This document shows, in pieces, positions 28,976 through 40,006 of a stretch of 64,000 nucleotides of DNA. The position numbers and the translations under genes are program-made. The stretch comes from an uncultured delta proteobacterium (GTDB taxonomy: Bacteria > Desulfobacterota > Zymogenia > Zymogenales > Zymogenaceae): positions 384,001-448,000 of the forward strand of contig CAVTLK010000001.1 of the NCBI GenBank assembly GCA_963735595.1, read 5' to 3'. Numbering within the stretch: the first letter of the stretch is position 1; every line of letters begins with the position of its first letter. Below the pieces are notes generated by a model. The model was not told the origin of the DNA. It saw only the letters and a program-made list of their open reading frames with translations, and ran no database searches.

Positions 28976-29839
28976 CTACTTATTCTTGAGGTGGAGTATT
29001 GTGCGCGCCTCGTCGGGTGACGCTACCTCGCGTCCGGCCAGTTTGGCCACCTTAACCGCCCATTCCACCTGCTCCCAGCTTCCCTTGGCAAGCTCGCCGT
29101 CGGGCATTCTTGTATTGTCCTCGAGGCCCACGCGCATGTGCCCGCCGTTGACGACCGACGTCATATTGGCGAGAACCTGATTCGGCCCCACACCGCAGAC
29201 GCTGTAGGTCGCGCCTTCGGGCAGATGCGCCAGCATCTCCGAGAACATCGACACCTCATAGGGAACGCCGCCGGCAACGCCGAATACCATCTGGAAATGC
29301 ATCGGTTCCTCGAATATATTCTGTTTCCTGACCAGGAGAACGTTGAACAGGCCGCCCATGTCGTAGATTTCGAGCTCGGGTTTTACGCCGTTTTCCCTCA
29401 TCTGCCTGTTGAAGTCAACGAGCATAGCGAACGTGTTCTCGAAGACGATCTCCATCGGTACCTCGCCCGTCTTCCAGTTGGCAACCCCGAAGTTCATGGA
29501 GTTGGTATTGAGGCTCGCCATCGGGGGTTTTATTGCTGCAACCGGGGCAATCCGCTGCTCCTTCGTAACCCAGGGGCCGATAGCCGAGCTCATATTGATG
29601 ATGAGCTTCGGGCATTTTGCCCGGATCGCATCGATCGTTGTCTTGATCTTGTCGATCTCGTGGGTGGGGACTCCGCTCTCGGGATCGCGTACGTGGATGT
29701 GAACAATCGAACCGCCGGAGTTGTAGACCTTGTATGCGTCTTCGGCGAACTCCTCTGGCGTGTAGGGAACGGCCGGGTTCTGTTCCTTTCTGGTTACCGC
29801 ACCGGTCAGCGCGGCGGTGATGATGACTTTATCGCTCAT
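28976..29839 (-). CDS. Beta-keto acid cleavage enzyme (BKACE/Kce, DUF849)
   Basis: IITAALTGA, HIHVRD, ASLNTNSMNF, KPELE, HMRVGLEDN. Confidence 0.9.
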   Translation of the reverse strand: MSDKVIITAALTGAVTRKEQNPAVPYTPEEFAEDAYKVYNSGGSIVHIHVRDPESGVPTHEIDKIKTTIDAIRAKCPKLIINMSSAIGPWVTKEQRIAPVAAIKPPMASLNTNSMNFGVANWKTGEVPMEIVFENTFAMLVDFNRQMRENGVKPELEIYDMGGLFNVLLVRKQNIFEEPMHFQMVFGVAGGVPYEVSMFSEMLAHLPEGATYSVCGVGPNQVLANMTSVVNGGHMRVGLEDNTRMPDGELAKGSWEQVEWAVKVAKLAGREVASPDEARTILHLKNK

Positions 29840-29989
29840 GAGTTCCTCCTCTGTGAAATGGTAAACAGTACCGGAAGATATACATCCTTTACCTTTGTCG
29901 CATCCTGACGATGTCCGCGGTATTCGGTACCCGGTTGTTCAGGGCCTACTCGCCGGTCGAAACGCCGCCGAGAGTCGCCGTCACACGAC

Positions 29990-30762
29990 CTACCTGCCGA
30001 TGATGTACCGATACGGATCGATCTCCTCCCGCAGCAGCCTCAGCGCCTCGGCGGTCGGGGGCGGTGTCTCGGAGACCTTCGGGGCCTTCAAGAGCTCGAA
30101 TCCGCAGTTATCGCGGACGTCTTTTTCCGTATAACCGTGGTTGATCTGGGCAATCCGCATCCGCTTGGACTCCGGATCGAAGTCCATGACGGCCATATTC
30201 GTTATGATCTTGTAGGGTCCCGATCCCTTCGGAAGGCCCGATTTCATGCCGCGAATCGCCCCCCGTGAGATAGCCGGGAGTGGTGATGAACTCGCATCTT
30301 TCCACGAAACGCCGGGCGTCCTGCGCCGTGATGACCATCATTTTCCAGCAGAAGGACGCGAAATCGTTGGCGCCTCCGCTGCCGGGAAGCCTTACCTTCG
30401 GTTTCTGCTGGTCGCCCGCCGATCCTGGTGGAGTTGAGGTTGCCGTACATGTCTATCTGGGCTCCCCCGAGGAATGTGTAGTCAACGAAGCCCCGGCAGC
30501 ACGTTTCCATGACCTCGCACATGCCCGCGGCCATGTTGGCCTTCCATGTCGTTCGCGAATCCCCCACCGAAATGGGCATCACCGGGATCAGCGGGGCCAC
30601 CCCTCCTGCCTCGAAGAATATCACGAGGTTGGGGGCGGTCGTCTTCTGGGAGAGCATCGCCGCGGCGCACGGCGCGCCGGTACCGACGCCGACGGTTGCG
30701 CCGTCTTCAAGTTCCCGCGCGGCGGTGCAGATCATCAGTTCCATCGTATTAAAGTCAGCCAT
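29990..30762 (-). CDS. Family I CoA-transferase beta subunit (GctB-like); two frameshifts
   Basis: FFEAG, FLGGAQIDMYGNLNST, then LPGSGGAND..FITTPGYL, then ITNMAVMDFD..REEIDP in shifted frames. Confidence 0.85.
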
Positions 30763-30778
30763 GAGTGACCTACCTCCA

Positions 30779-31779
30779 TTATTTCTTGGCGGTGTTGTTA
30801 TCGACCAGGTATTCCTTGTCTCTGAGCTCCTGCATCTTCTTGAGACCGCCGTTAATTTCTATATACTCCGTAAATTCCTTGACGCCGTAGATATTCTTGT
30901 CAAGGAACTTCTTGAGTTCTTCCGGATCCTTTTCGACCGTCAGCCATTCCCTCAGGTGTTCCTCGTCCGAGTAGTATTCGTACGGCATGTTGCCCGGATA
31001 GCTCCCGTACGGCACCTCGCAGACGGCGTCCACGAGGTAGAACGGGATAACCGTCAGGGACGGGTCGCTCCTGATCTGCTCGTTCGAGATGATCCGCTCA
31101 CAGGTGATCACGAGGCGCTTGGAGGCGCGGGCCAGCTCCAGGTCGGCAATGGTTATTCCCCTGATCCGGCAGTTGCCGTAGACGTCCGCCTCGTGCACAT
31201 GGATTGCCGCAGAAATCCGGGTAGAGCGCCGGCGCCAGGACGTAGTTATCTCCCGTGTAGGGGCATTGATCTTCTTGGAGGCGCTGTACTTGAAGGTATC
31301 GGTTCCCATCATGTTCCTGATCGGTATGAACGATATGCCCATCGCCGCGGCCTTGAGCCGCGCGGCCATGGCGTAATTGGTCCATTCGGTAACCTCCACC
31401 TCGCCGCTCTCCATGTAGCGCCGGGCGTTTGGCGGAGAGCCCCCGTGCTTCCAGCCCTATGATGTAGGCGATGTCGCACTTGGTAAAGACCTTGCCCGCC
31501 GCCAGGATTTGAAAATCGTGCGTTGACGTATGACCCGCGAAGGCCAGGTTTTTCTTCTTCTGGCGTAAGAATCTCGTGGCAGATCGCGGTGGGAATTCGG
31601 TTTGCGCCGAACCCGCCGATCGCGAAATAATCGCCGTCGTGAAGCAGCGTCTTGACCGCATCCGAAACGGTCGTCAGTTTATTCTTGAGTTCCCGCGACT
31701 TCTTCCTGAAAAACTCCCGGGCCTTATCGGGATCGGGGTCGGTGAAAAGCCTGCCGATTCCTTCCTCTAATACGTCCAC
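30779..31779 (-). CDS. Family I CoA-transferase alpha subunit (GctA-like); several frameshifts
   Basis: AIGGFG, EWTNYAMAARLKAAAMG, IHVHEAD.YGN, VCEVPYGSYP. Confidence 0.85.
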
Positions 31780-31840
31780 TGAAAACCTCCTCCTTACTGT
31801 TTCCTAATTGAGAATATAGTGTTAACCATTTTCGCGTTAG

Positions 31841-31867
31841 GTAGTACGCGAGTTAAAACGGTACTAC
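31841..31867. promoter_or_regulatory. Perfect 7-13-7 inverted repeat (candidate operator) upstream of the CoA-transferase operon
   Basis: GTAGTAC-N13-GTACTAC. Confidence 0.5.
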
Positions 31868-32125
31868 GTGATCTTTGCGGTATTAGTGTCGTGTATCTAT
31901 AACAGAGTCATGCCGGCAAGTCAAGCTCCCAGATGCCGGCGCCCGTCTGATCGGGCATGTCGATTCGGGAGAGGTATAAACTATCTCGATACGTATCGTA
32001 TGCCCATTCAGTATCCCGTATCGCCGCCACGAAGCCGCCCGCCCCTCGATTACTCTCCGTTTTAGATTGACTTGTCAATCAAATATAAATACTAAAAAAA
32101 TTGCCGCGTTCTGTCAAGTAAAAAG

Positions 32126-33908
32126 TCATTCTTCGTCGTGAACATTGCGCCGTTTCCCTCGTTGTCTTTTGCTGACACTCCGGGCGATAACCCGCTCGAC
32201 GACCGCGCGGCCGACTGCCAGAAAACGAAATCCCGGGCCTTTTTTTTGCCACTTGATTTCGTCCTTGTCGCAGACGACGCCAAGGTCCTTCGTATCTATC
32301 CCGACGATCCGCCCTTTCCCTCTCCGCCAATTGACCGTCCGCTTCTGTCCGACGGCACCACTCCCGAATCGCCCCACCGATCGCCGGCACGTCGTTTCGC
32401 GCCTTTACCCGCCCATACGTCGACCGGTCTATATTGCCCGCCGCAAACTTGAGTTCGTTGAGGCTGGGCGCCTGCCTCGTACGGTAGCCGAGACAAGTTC
32501 ATCTACGGGAAGCGACGCGCTCTCATAGTTGAGCATGTCTTTCCATGACGACGACGACAGCGCCACAAGGTGTTCATCAAAGCTCTTGCATCGGATCGAG
32601 TAACCGTGTTTATCAGGATTCTCGAAGGCGATACTGCCCGGATCGAGAAACGGCGCCATCGGCGATATGAACGGCATGAGACGTGCCCCGAACTCCTTCA
32701 TCAGGCGGCCGCCGTAATCGACGGTCTGGATGACCGATCGATAATCCTGTCGGGGAATACCGGCCATGAAGAAGACGTCGAACTTTCGGGCGCCGTACTT
32801 GCAGCGCCCAGCCGATGTTTTTCTCGACCGCGTCCGCCGTGTAGGGTTTGCCCGACGCACGGCGAAGCGTGTTATCGTGGGTCTCCGGAGATATCTCGTA
32901 ATTGACGTTTGGGAACACCTGCGACACGGCTTTGAAAAACCCCTCGGGTGCGGTATCGAAGAGCTCTAATACGATAGGGTTTTTAATTCGGGCGTCCGCC
33001 AGTGTCTTCAGGAAACGGTCTGCATAGTCGTCTCCGGCCTGTCTGATGTCCCCGACAACGAAGATCGGCGCCCGGGTAAACCGGGTCAGCTTCGCAATAT
33101 CCGACGCGATAACCTCCGGGTCACGATACGCAATCCGGCCGCGCTTGAGGTATCGGTTTGCCGCCCATTTCGAGCCGCCGCAGATGACGCAGTTGTTGGT
33201 GCAGCCGCGGCAGGTAACAATCATGGTTATCGGATAACGCCACCAGTCGTGGATTGGCGTCATACCTATCGGATCGCGGTATTTTACGGCCTTCCGAAAA
33301 AGGTTTACGTAGTTATTCGAAAAGCTGTTCAAATGGTCGTCCACGACGAATGATTCGTTGAAAACGACCCGGTCGCCCCGTTTATAGACGAGGTTGGGGA
33401 CATCCTCGAGTTGCCCGCTGCCGCCGATAGCCCTCATCAGGTAAACGAGGGCCCGCTCGGTAGAGTCCCCCCGAACGACGTAATCGACGAAAGGGTACCT
33501 GATGATTTCGTCGGCAAAGTAGGTCGAGGAATACCCGCCGAGGATCACCGGGACGTCCGGGTGGACCTCTTTGAGAAGCCGGGCAAGTTCCATGGCACCA
33601 TGGGCATGGGGGAGCCAGTGAAGCGATATCCCGAACGCCGACGCCTTGATCGTCTTGAGGTAGCGCCTCACGTCCATCCGCGGGTGCGTTACCATGAGGT
33701 AAGCGAGATTGACGATACGCGCCCCTATCCCGTTGCGCGACAGTACCTCGGCGATAGAGGAAAATCCGATCGGGTACATCTCGAAGGCCGGCGTGGACGG
33801 TACAACGTCGCTGATCGGACCGAAGAGTATTTCCCGCTGCCTGAAATCAAACACGCTGGGGGGGTGAATGAGGCAAGGGTCGGTCCTGGGTGACGGGAGC
33901 CTGAACAT
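32126..33908 (-). CDS. B12-binding radical SAM protein; several frameshifts in the 3' half
   Basis: LHWLPHAHG, ILGGYSS, RGCTNNCVIC (CX3CX2C); continuation FFMAGIP..FLDPGSIAFE..VCDKDEIKW. Confidence 0.82.
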
Positions 33909-34167
33909 GCTGATCAAATCCTTCCTTGAATTTTATATTATCACACGCGCCCCGCCAAAAGGCAACCGAAAAAAGGTCCGTCAATTCCGTCGGCCTATGT
34001 CAGCGCGGGCCTGCCGACGACACTCCGGCGCAGTATCGTATCAATGCCTATCGCGTATGGAGGATCAGGTATGTACCGATTCACCGGCCACTTTTCGAAA
34101 TATCTGAAAAAAGGCTTGCGCATCGGTCAAACAAAACTATATAATGATTTGTTTTTTGGGATGGGAT

Positions 34168-34944
34168 ATGAAGCACCACTTTCTTGACGAAGAGAGCACC
34201 ATCGAGAGCCCCATCCGGTCTCTCAATCCGAAGACGAAGCTTATCACCATTATCGCCGTCGTATTGCTCCTCGTCTCAACACCCGCGGACGCCTTTACCG
34301 TCTTTGCCCTCTTCCTTTCCCTGGCCCTTGCCCTGATCGTGATTTCGAGGGTACCCGTCACGGTATTCCTGAGGCGCGCCCTGATCGCCCTTCCCTTTGT
34401 CGCGGTTGCCTTAGCGGCGGTTCCCTTTGTATCGAAGGTTCCGGGGGCGACCTCCTACTCCCTCGGTATCGGGGGAGCCTCCGTCACCATGACCGGGTTT
34501 TTCCTTGTTTTCAATGTGCTGTGCAAATCGATCCTATCAATCCTCTTCCTGACCCTGCTGATTTCCTCCACCCCCTTTCGCGACCTCGTTTCGGGCCTCC
34601 GGGAACTAAGGGTACCGTCGTTCATAACCGATACCCTCTCGTTCATGTACCAGTACCTCTTTATCATCATGGACGAGATTCAGCGCGTCGCCTTTGCGCG
34701 GGACGCCCGTCTATACGGAAACCGATGGATCTGGCAGGCGCCTGTTGTCGGGCATATGATCGGCAGCATCTTCGTGCGCAGCTTCGAGAGGGGCGAGCGG
34801 ATATTCCTGGCAATGAAGGCGCGGGGATACGACAGCAGCATCGGCGGGAAGCCCGCGGCCCCCTTTGCCGCGCCGGATTATATCTTTACGATAGTCGTCA
34901 TCTCGGGGGCACTGGCCGCGAGACTATTCGGTGTCAGACTATGA
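34168..34944 (+). CDS. cbiQ: Ni/Co ECF transmembrane component CbiQ/NikQ
   Basis: NPKTKL, LRELRVP, YQYLF..ARDAR, RSFERGERIFLAMKARGY. Confidence 0.92.
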   Translation: MKHHFLDEESTIESPIRSLNPKTKLITIIAVVLLLVSTPADAFTVFALFLSLALALIVISRVPVTVFLRRALIALPFVAVALAAVPFVSKVPGATSYSLGIGGASVTMTGFFLVFNVLCKSILSILFLTLLISSTPFRDLVSGLRELRVPSFITDTLSFMYQYLFIIMDEIQRVAFARDARLYGNRWIWQAPVVGHMIGSIFVRSFERGERIFLAMKARGYDSSIGGKPAAPFAAPDYIFTIVVISGALAARLFGVRL

Positions 34945-35660
34945 CCGACCATTCCGGCTCAATCCAAATCGGCGACCTTTCCTATACCTATCCCGACGGA
35001 ACCCGGGGGCTTACCGACCTCAGCCTTTCCATTGACTCCGGCCAATCCGTCGCTATACTCGGACCCAACGGTGCTGGAAAATCGACCCTTCTCCTGACCC
35101 TCCCCGGCCTCATCTTTGGGACCGGCCGGATCGTTGTTTCGGGGATCCCCGTTTCCCCCAGAACGGTCCGTGAAGTCAGAAAACGGGTCGGTATCGTCTT
35201 CCAGAACCCGGACGATCAGCTCTTCTGTCCCACGGTATATGACGACGTCGCGTTCGGGCCGGAAAACATGGGCCTTTCCGAAAACGAGGTCAGGCGCCGA
35301 ACCGAGGATGCCCTTTCTTCGATGGGACTTGCCGGATATGGACGCCGCTCATCCCATCACCTGTCCTACGGCGAGAAGAAGCGAGCCTCGATCGCCACGA
35401 TACTGGCGATGGACCCGGCCATAATAGCCTTTGACGAACCGTCGGCAAATCTCGATCCCGAGGGGGTTCACGATCTATCCGCCGTGATCAGCGCGATCAC
35501 CAAGACCAAGATCATCGTCACACACGACGTCACGCTCGCCGGTAAACTGGCCGACCGCGCCGTCGTCATGCGGGATGGCCGCATAATCGAAGATATGCCG
35601 ATGAAGAAACTTACCGGCGATAAGAAACGGCAGAGGGATCTCAAGCTCGCGTTCGACTGA
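34941..35660 (+). CDS. cbiO: Ni/Co ECF ATPase CbiO/NikO
   Basis: ATGA overlap with cbiQ; GPNGAGKST, FQNPDDQLF, LSYGEKKR, FDEPSANLD. Confidence 0.92.
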   Translation: MTDHSGSIQIGDLSYTYPDGTRGLTDLSLSIDSGQSVAILGPNGAGKSTLLLTLPGLIFGTGRIVVSGIPVSPRTVREVRKRVGIVFQNPDDQLFCPTVYDDVAFGPENMGLSENEVRRRTEDALSSMGLAGYGRRSSHHLSYGEKKRASIATILAMDPAIIAFDEPSANLDPEGVHDLSAVISAITKTKIIVTHDVTLAGKLADRAVVMRDGRIIEDMPMKKLTGDKKRQRDLKLAFD

Positions 35661-35703
35661 TTAGTTACGGCGACACCGCCTAAAACCCATATCGGAGGCA
35701 CTC

Positions 35704-36469
35704 ATGCCGACCACCAAGATCGTCTATAACGACGCGTACCTTACGGACTACCCGACCGCGTCCGTCGAAAAACCCCAGCGGGTCGAGGCGATCCATCGGG
35801 AGCTCTCGTCGTCCGGGTATCCGTTCGTCGAGGCCCGCCCCGCCGACGAATTGCGACGTGCTCCTTGTCCACTACCCGAGCCTCGTGCAGGCCGAGAAGC
35901 GCGACCATGATCGTTACGAGGTCGCCCTTCTGGCGGCCGGCGGCTCGATCCTCGCGGCCCAGATCGCCATGGATTCCGTTCCCGCCTTCGGCCTTGTTCG
36001 CCCGCCGGGCCACCATGCCAGCCCCGGCACTAATTGGGGATTCTGTTTCTTCAACAACATGGCCGTCTCGATTCAACGTCTGATCCTCAAACGGCAGATC
36101 AAGCGCGCCGTTATCCTTGATATCGACCTGCACTTCGGAGACGGTACCGAGAATTACTTCATGGGACGCAAGGATGTTTCGGTCATTAACGTACAGTCGT
36201 CGGACCGGGTGGAGTTTCTCGCACAATGCCGGGAGGGGCTGGCCCGCAGCGCCCCGTATGACATCATCGGGGTCAGCGCCGGTTTCGACCGCTACATCAA
36301 GGATTGGGGCAGCACGCTTACGACCGAGGATTTTAAGGCGATCGGGGAGACCGTCAAGGAGTTTTCCGAAAAGCACTGCTCGGGCCGGCGGTTCGCACTG
36401 CTCGAGGGCGGCTACTACCTGCCCGATCTCGGCGCCAACGCCCGAAACTTCATCGAGGGGATGGAATAG
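35704..36469 (+). CDS. Histone deacetylase-family Zn amidohydrolase; frameshift near 35850
   Basis: EKPQRV, RPPGHHA, GFCFFNN, DIDLHFGDGT, SAGFD, LEGGY. Confidence 0.88.
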
Positions 36470-36474
36470 GGATA

Positions 36475-37671
36475 ATGGCCCACGTGAAAAAGAAATCGCC
36501 CTATTCCTATATCGACCTGATTGCTGATATCGTCCGGGAGCGCAGCGCCGAGCGGGGAGTTCGCGTCCACGACCTCAGGCTCCAGGCCTTGAGAACCCGC
36601 CCCACGATGAAGCGGGGTACCTGGGGAACCCGGCCCGATGGGAGCCCCATGACGCGTGAAGAATATGAACAGCGGCTCACCGAATATAAGAAGGGACTCC
36701 CCGACCTCCTCTTCCCGCCCATCGACACCGAGTTCACCCTGAAGGACGCCGATGGAAAGATCGTGACGATGGGCAATCTCATTGCCCGAAAACACCAGGG
36801 GATGCTGACCTTTCCCAGCGCGATTACCTCCCCCATTGCCGCGAATAACACCGCCTGCGCCTTTGTTTATCCCGCCACGGCCGGGAAGGCCGTCGTGATC
36901 CTTCCCAACCTCAGGGCGGAGGAAGGCGCCTTCTCGCGCCTTGCCGGTTTACTTACCCGTTTCGGCTACACCTGCATCGAGGCAGTCCACCCGTACCACG
37001 GGAGGCGGCACGATCCCAATGATACGGCAATGGTCCCCGGAGAACGTCTCTTTTCCTCCAATGTTCACGAGACCCTCTGGTCTTTCTCGCAGGGTATATC
37101 GGACATCCTAGCCCTCTACCTCTTCCTGATGAAAGAGGGCTTTTCGCGCATCGGCGTCATCGGTACGAGCATCGGCTCGACATTGACGATCATGAGCCTG
37201 GCCAACGCCGAAGACTACCGCGCCTATCTCGGTAGCCGGGACCCCGGCCTGGTCGGGGACGTCCCCGACGGGATCTGCCGGGCGGTCGTCCTCAACCTTT
37301 CCGGCGGACTCCTGTCCGATTTTATCGTCGACGGAGACAACATCGAGGCCTCATATGTCCGCAAGGGGCTCATCGAAGACCTCGGGCTTACCGGTCCCGA
37401 CATCGAACATATCTGGCCGGAGGCCGACCCTCTGCGGTTTGTCCAAAAGATCACGATGCCGGTGCTCTCGGTAAAGAGCAAACAGGACCCGGTGCTGCTG
37501 TACCGGTATTCGAAGACACAGCGCGAGTTCTTCGCCGGGAACGCCGTCTCCGGGAGAAACTTCAGCGAGTTCTATATCCCGGTGCCCGCCGGTCACTACA
37601 GCGCCACCTACTTTCTGCCCAAGATGTTCCTGGGGATCGCCGACCTGCTGTTTATCCTCAGAAACGTGTAG
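36475..37671 (+). CDS. Alpha/beta hydrolase-fold protein
   Basis: PYHGRR, GTSIG nucleophile elbow, QDPV, GHYS. Confidence 0.75.
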   Translation: MAHVKKKSPYSYIDLIADIVRERSAERGVRVHDLRLQALRTRPTMKRGTWGTRPDGSPMTREEYEQRLTEYKKGLPDLLFPPIDTEFTLKDADGKIVTMGNLIARKHQGMLTFPSAITSPIAANNTACAFVYPATAGKAVVILPNLRAEEGAFSRLAGLLTRFGYTCIEAVHPYHGRRHDPNDTAMVPGERLFSSNVHETLWSFSQGISDILALYLFLMKEGFSRIGVIGTSIGSTLTIMSLANAEDYRAYLGSRDPGLVGDVPDGICRAVVLNLSGGLLSDFIVDGDNIEASYVRKGLIEDLGLTGPDIEHIWPEADPLRFVQKITMPVLSVKSKQDPVLLYRYSKTQREFFAGNAVSGRNFSEFYIPVPAGHYSATYFLPKMFLGIADLLFILRNV

Positions 37672-37889
37672 GTTGTATCGTCTCCCCGGTATCATCTCCC
37701 CGTTCCTTCTTCCGTACCGATTCTACCTGACCTCCGCAGTCAGCCGCATCACTGGCGCGCACGTAAGCCCTCGTTTTTACTCACAAATACCATACTATTG
37801 ATATATTTACTTGAACCTGGTCAAAATTAGTGCTATATATCGCCAGCGATCGTTTTTGAATATACTTTTCTGAAGGATTTGAGCGACGT

Positions 37890-38630
37890 ATGGGGAAAAC
37901 GGCCAAAATAGACGACCAGGAGATAAGACCAAAGGCCCGGGATACCATTCATTACGATATCATTGAGTGGTTTCGCGACAAAAAACGAGGTTCGGTGCTG
38001 GACGCGCCGGCAGGCTTCGGACACCTCAGCCTGAGATTAACTGAAATGGGATTCACGGTCGTGTGCGGCGAGATCGAGCCGGAGATATTCCGGGTCAAGG
38101 ACCTAACCTGCACCTTTACCGATCTCAACCGGCACATCGACGCCCCGGACGATTCCTTCGACTACGTATGCTGCGTCGACGGGCTTGAGCACATGACCGA
38201 TCCGTACCAGGCGGTGAAGGAGTTTTCGCGGGTTCTCAGGCGGGGCGGGTACGGCATCTTTTCAGTTCCGAACTATACGAACATCGAAAAGCGGATGAAA
38301 TACCTCTTGAACGGATACCTTACGAAACCCGTCGGCATGGAGCGCTACCGCAAGCAGGGGTCCCTGTTCAACTTCCACAATTCCCCCCTCACGATCACGA
38401 TCCTCGAATTCATGTTTTCCATAAACGGCCTTGAGATCGTCGAAATCAGAAAAAACGCGCCAAAGAAAAAGCAGTATCTTTTACTGCCGCTGGTCGCGGT
38501 TATCAAATTCGCAAATCTCTTCGGCTCGAGGCGTCACCGGGAAAAACACCGGACCGACCTCACGCTCCATCCCAACGTTATACTCGGCGGTAATAATATC
38601 ATCTGCATCACGCGAAAGACCGCCTCATAA
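37890..38630 (+). CDS. Class I SAM-dependent methyltransferase
   Basis: VLDAPAGFG, DSFDYVCC..LEH, RVLRRGG..SVPN. Confidence 0.88.
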   Translation: MGKTAKIDDQEIRPKARDTIHYDIIEWFRDKKRGSVLDAPAGFGHLSLRLTEMGFTVVCGEIEPEIFRVKDLTCTFTDLNRHIDAPDDSFDYVCCVDGLEHMTDPYQAVKEFSRVLRRGGYGIFSVPNYTNIEKRMKYLLNGYLTKPVGMERYRKQGSLFNFHNSPLTITILEFMFSINGLEIVEIRKNAPKKKQYLLLPLVAVIKFANLFGSRRHREKHRTDLTLHPNVILGGNNIICITRKTAS

Positions 38631-38964
38631 TAGTAGCGTCCCGCCTTCTCAAGAACGCACGCTTCCGCGTGTGTTCTTGTCTCACGAGTGGTGCTCTTTA
38701 CCTGACATATCCGCCGCCTATCAGCGTAATCTTTACTATCTCCGGGTGCGCGAAGACGCGGACTGGCGCATCCCACCGCGCCGGCCCGTCCGAGACGTAT
38801 ACCCGCGGATGGCGAGACACGCCCAAACCGTCATTAATAGAGGGACGTAACCGAAGGCTGACTCATTGCCTCGATAAATCAAATCTTCACTGATTATCGC
38901 GGTTTTCTTGGAAGAACTGACCGGTCGTTCCTTTTTACGAATGCATCGGTAAACTGGAGCGGTA

Positions 38965-39908
38965 TCACGCAATACGGTAGCAGACGTACGCCACATACAT
39001 GAGTACGAGATCCCCCCTTCCACGCGATGGAGGCGGCGGCTGCTAAGTGCGAGTAAGAACGCTAATACCGCCACCGCGATCATCGCCACCAGATCAGATA
39101 TCCGTATGGTTTCAGTTTCCAGCGGAGATATCAGGGAGACGATGCCCAGGATAGCAAGGATATTGAAAATGTTCGAACCGATAATATTCCCAATCGAAAT
39201 ATCGTTTTCTTTCCTGATCGAGGCTACTACGGAGGTCGTAAGCTCCGGAAGGCTCGTACCCACAGCCACGATGGTAAGCCCGATAACCGCCTGGCTCATC
39301 CCCATCATCTGTGCGATGGTAACCGCCCCCGTAACAAAGAGGTAACCACCTGCTATCAACAGCGCGCCTCCGAAAAATACGAATACAACATCGCGCCAAA
39401 CCCTCGGGTTTTCTCTCGGTATATACGGCTGGTCTATCCCAAGCGCTTTTTTCTTTTCCTGGGCTTTTGCTCGGGCAATACTGAAGACGGTATAGCAGAC
39501 TATCCCCGAAACCAGCAATAAACCTTCCCAACGCTCAACTGATCCATCCATGAGCATCATGAGTAGCAAGACGGATACTAAGATCATTATCGGGATCTGG
39601 ATTATCACGAGATCCCTCGTCTTTCTTAATGGGTAGATAAGAGAAGCAATCCCGAGGATCAAGGCAATGTTCATGATGTTAGACCCGATCACATTGCCGA
39701 CGGCGATATCGGCGTTCCCGTCCAACGCCGCCCTAATACCCACCGCGAGTTCGGGGCTGCTGGTTCCAAGTGCGACGACCGTCAGGCCCACAACAAGCCG
39801 CGTAATACCCATCTTCAGGGCGAGCGATGAGCTTCCGCGTACCAATCCCTCGGCACCGCCGTACAGGAGAAGCAGTCCAATAGTAAGAAAAGCGATTGAA
39901 ACTAGCAT
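38965..39908 (-). CDS. Ca2+/Na+:H+ antiporter (YrbG/CaCA); frameshift in the G-run near 39015
   Basis: Two alpha repeats GTSSPE..GNVIGSN and GTSLPE..GNIIGSN; restored end EGGILVLMYVAYVCYRIA*. Confidence 0.88.
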
Positions 39909-40006
39909 AGCCCTCAGTCCACACGATAAAGGACAGTTGGTATGAAACACAGATACGTCCTGGCCATTCTTCCGTATGATTGTGATCCACGATCCTCAGG
40001 AAGACA

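Noticed and set aside
29990..33908. Selenocysteine or stop read-through as the cause of split ORFs
   Set aside because: The continuations lie in different frames rather than after an in-frame TGA or TAG.
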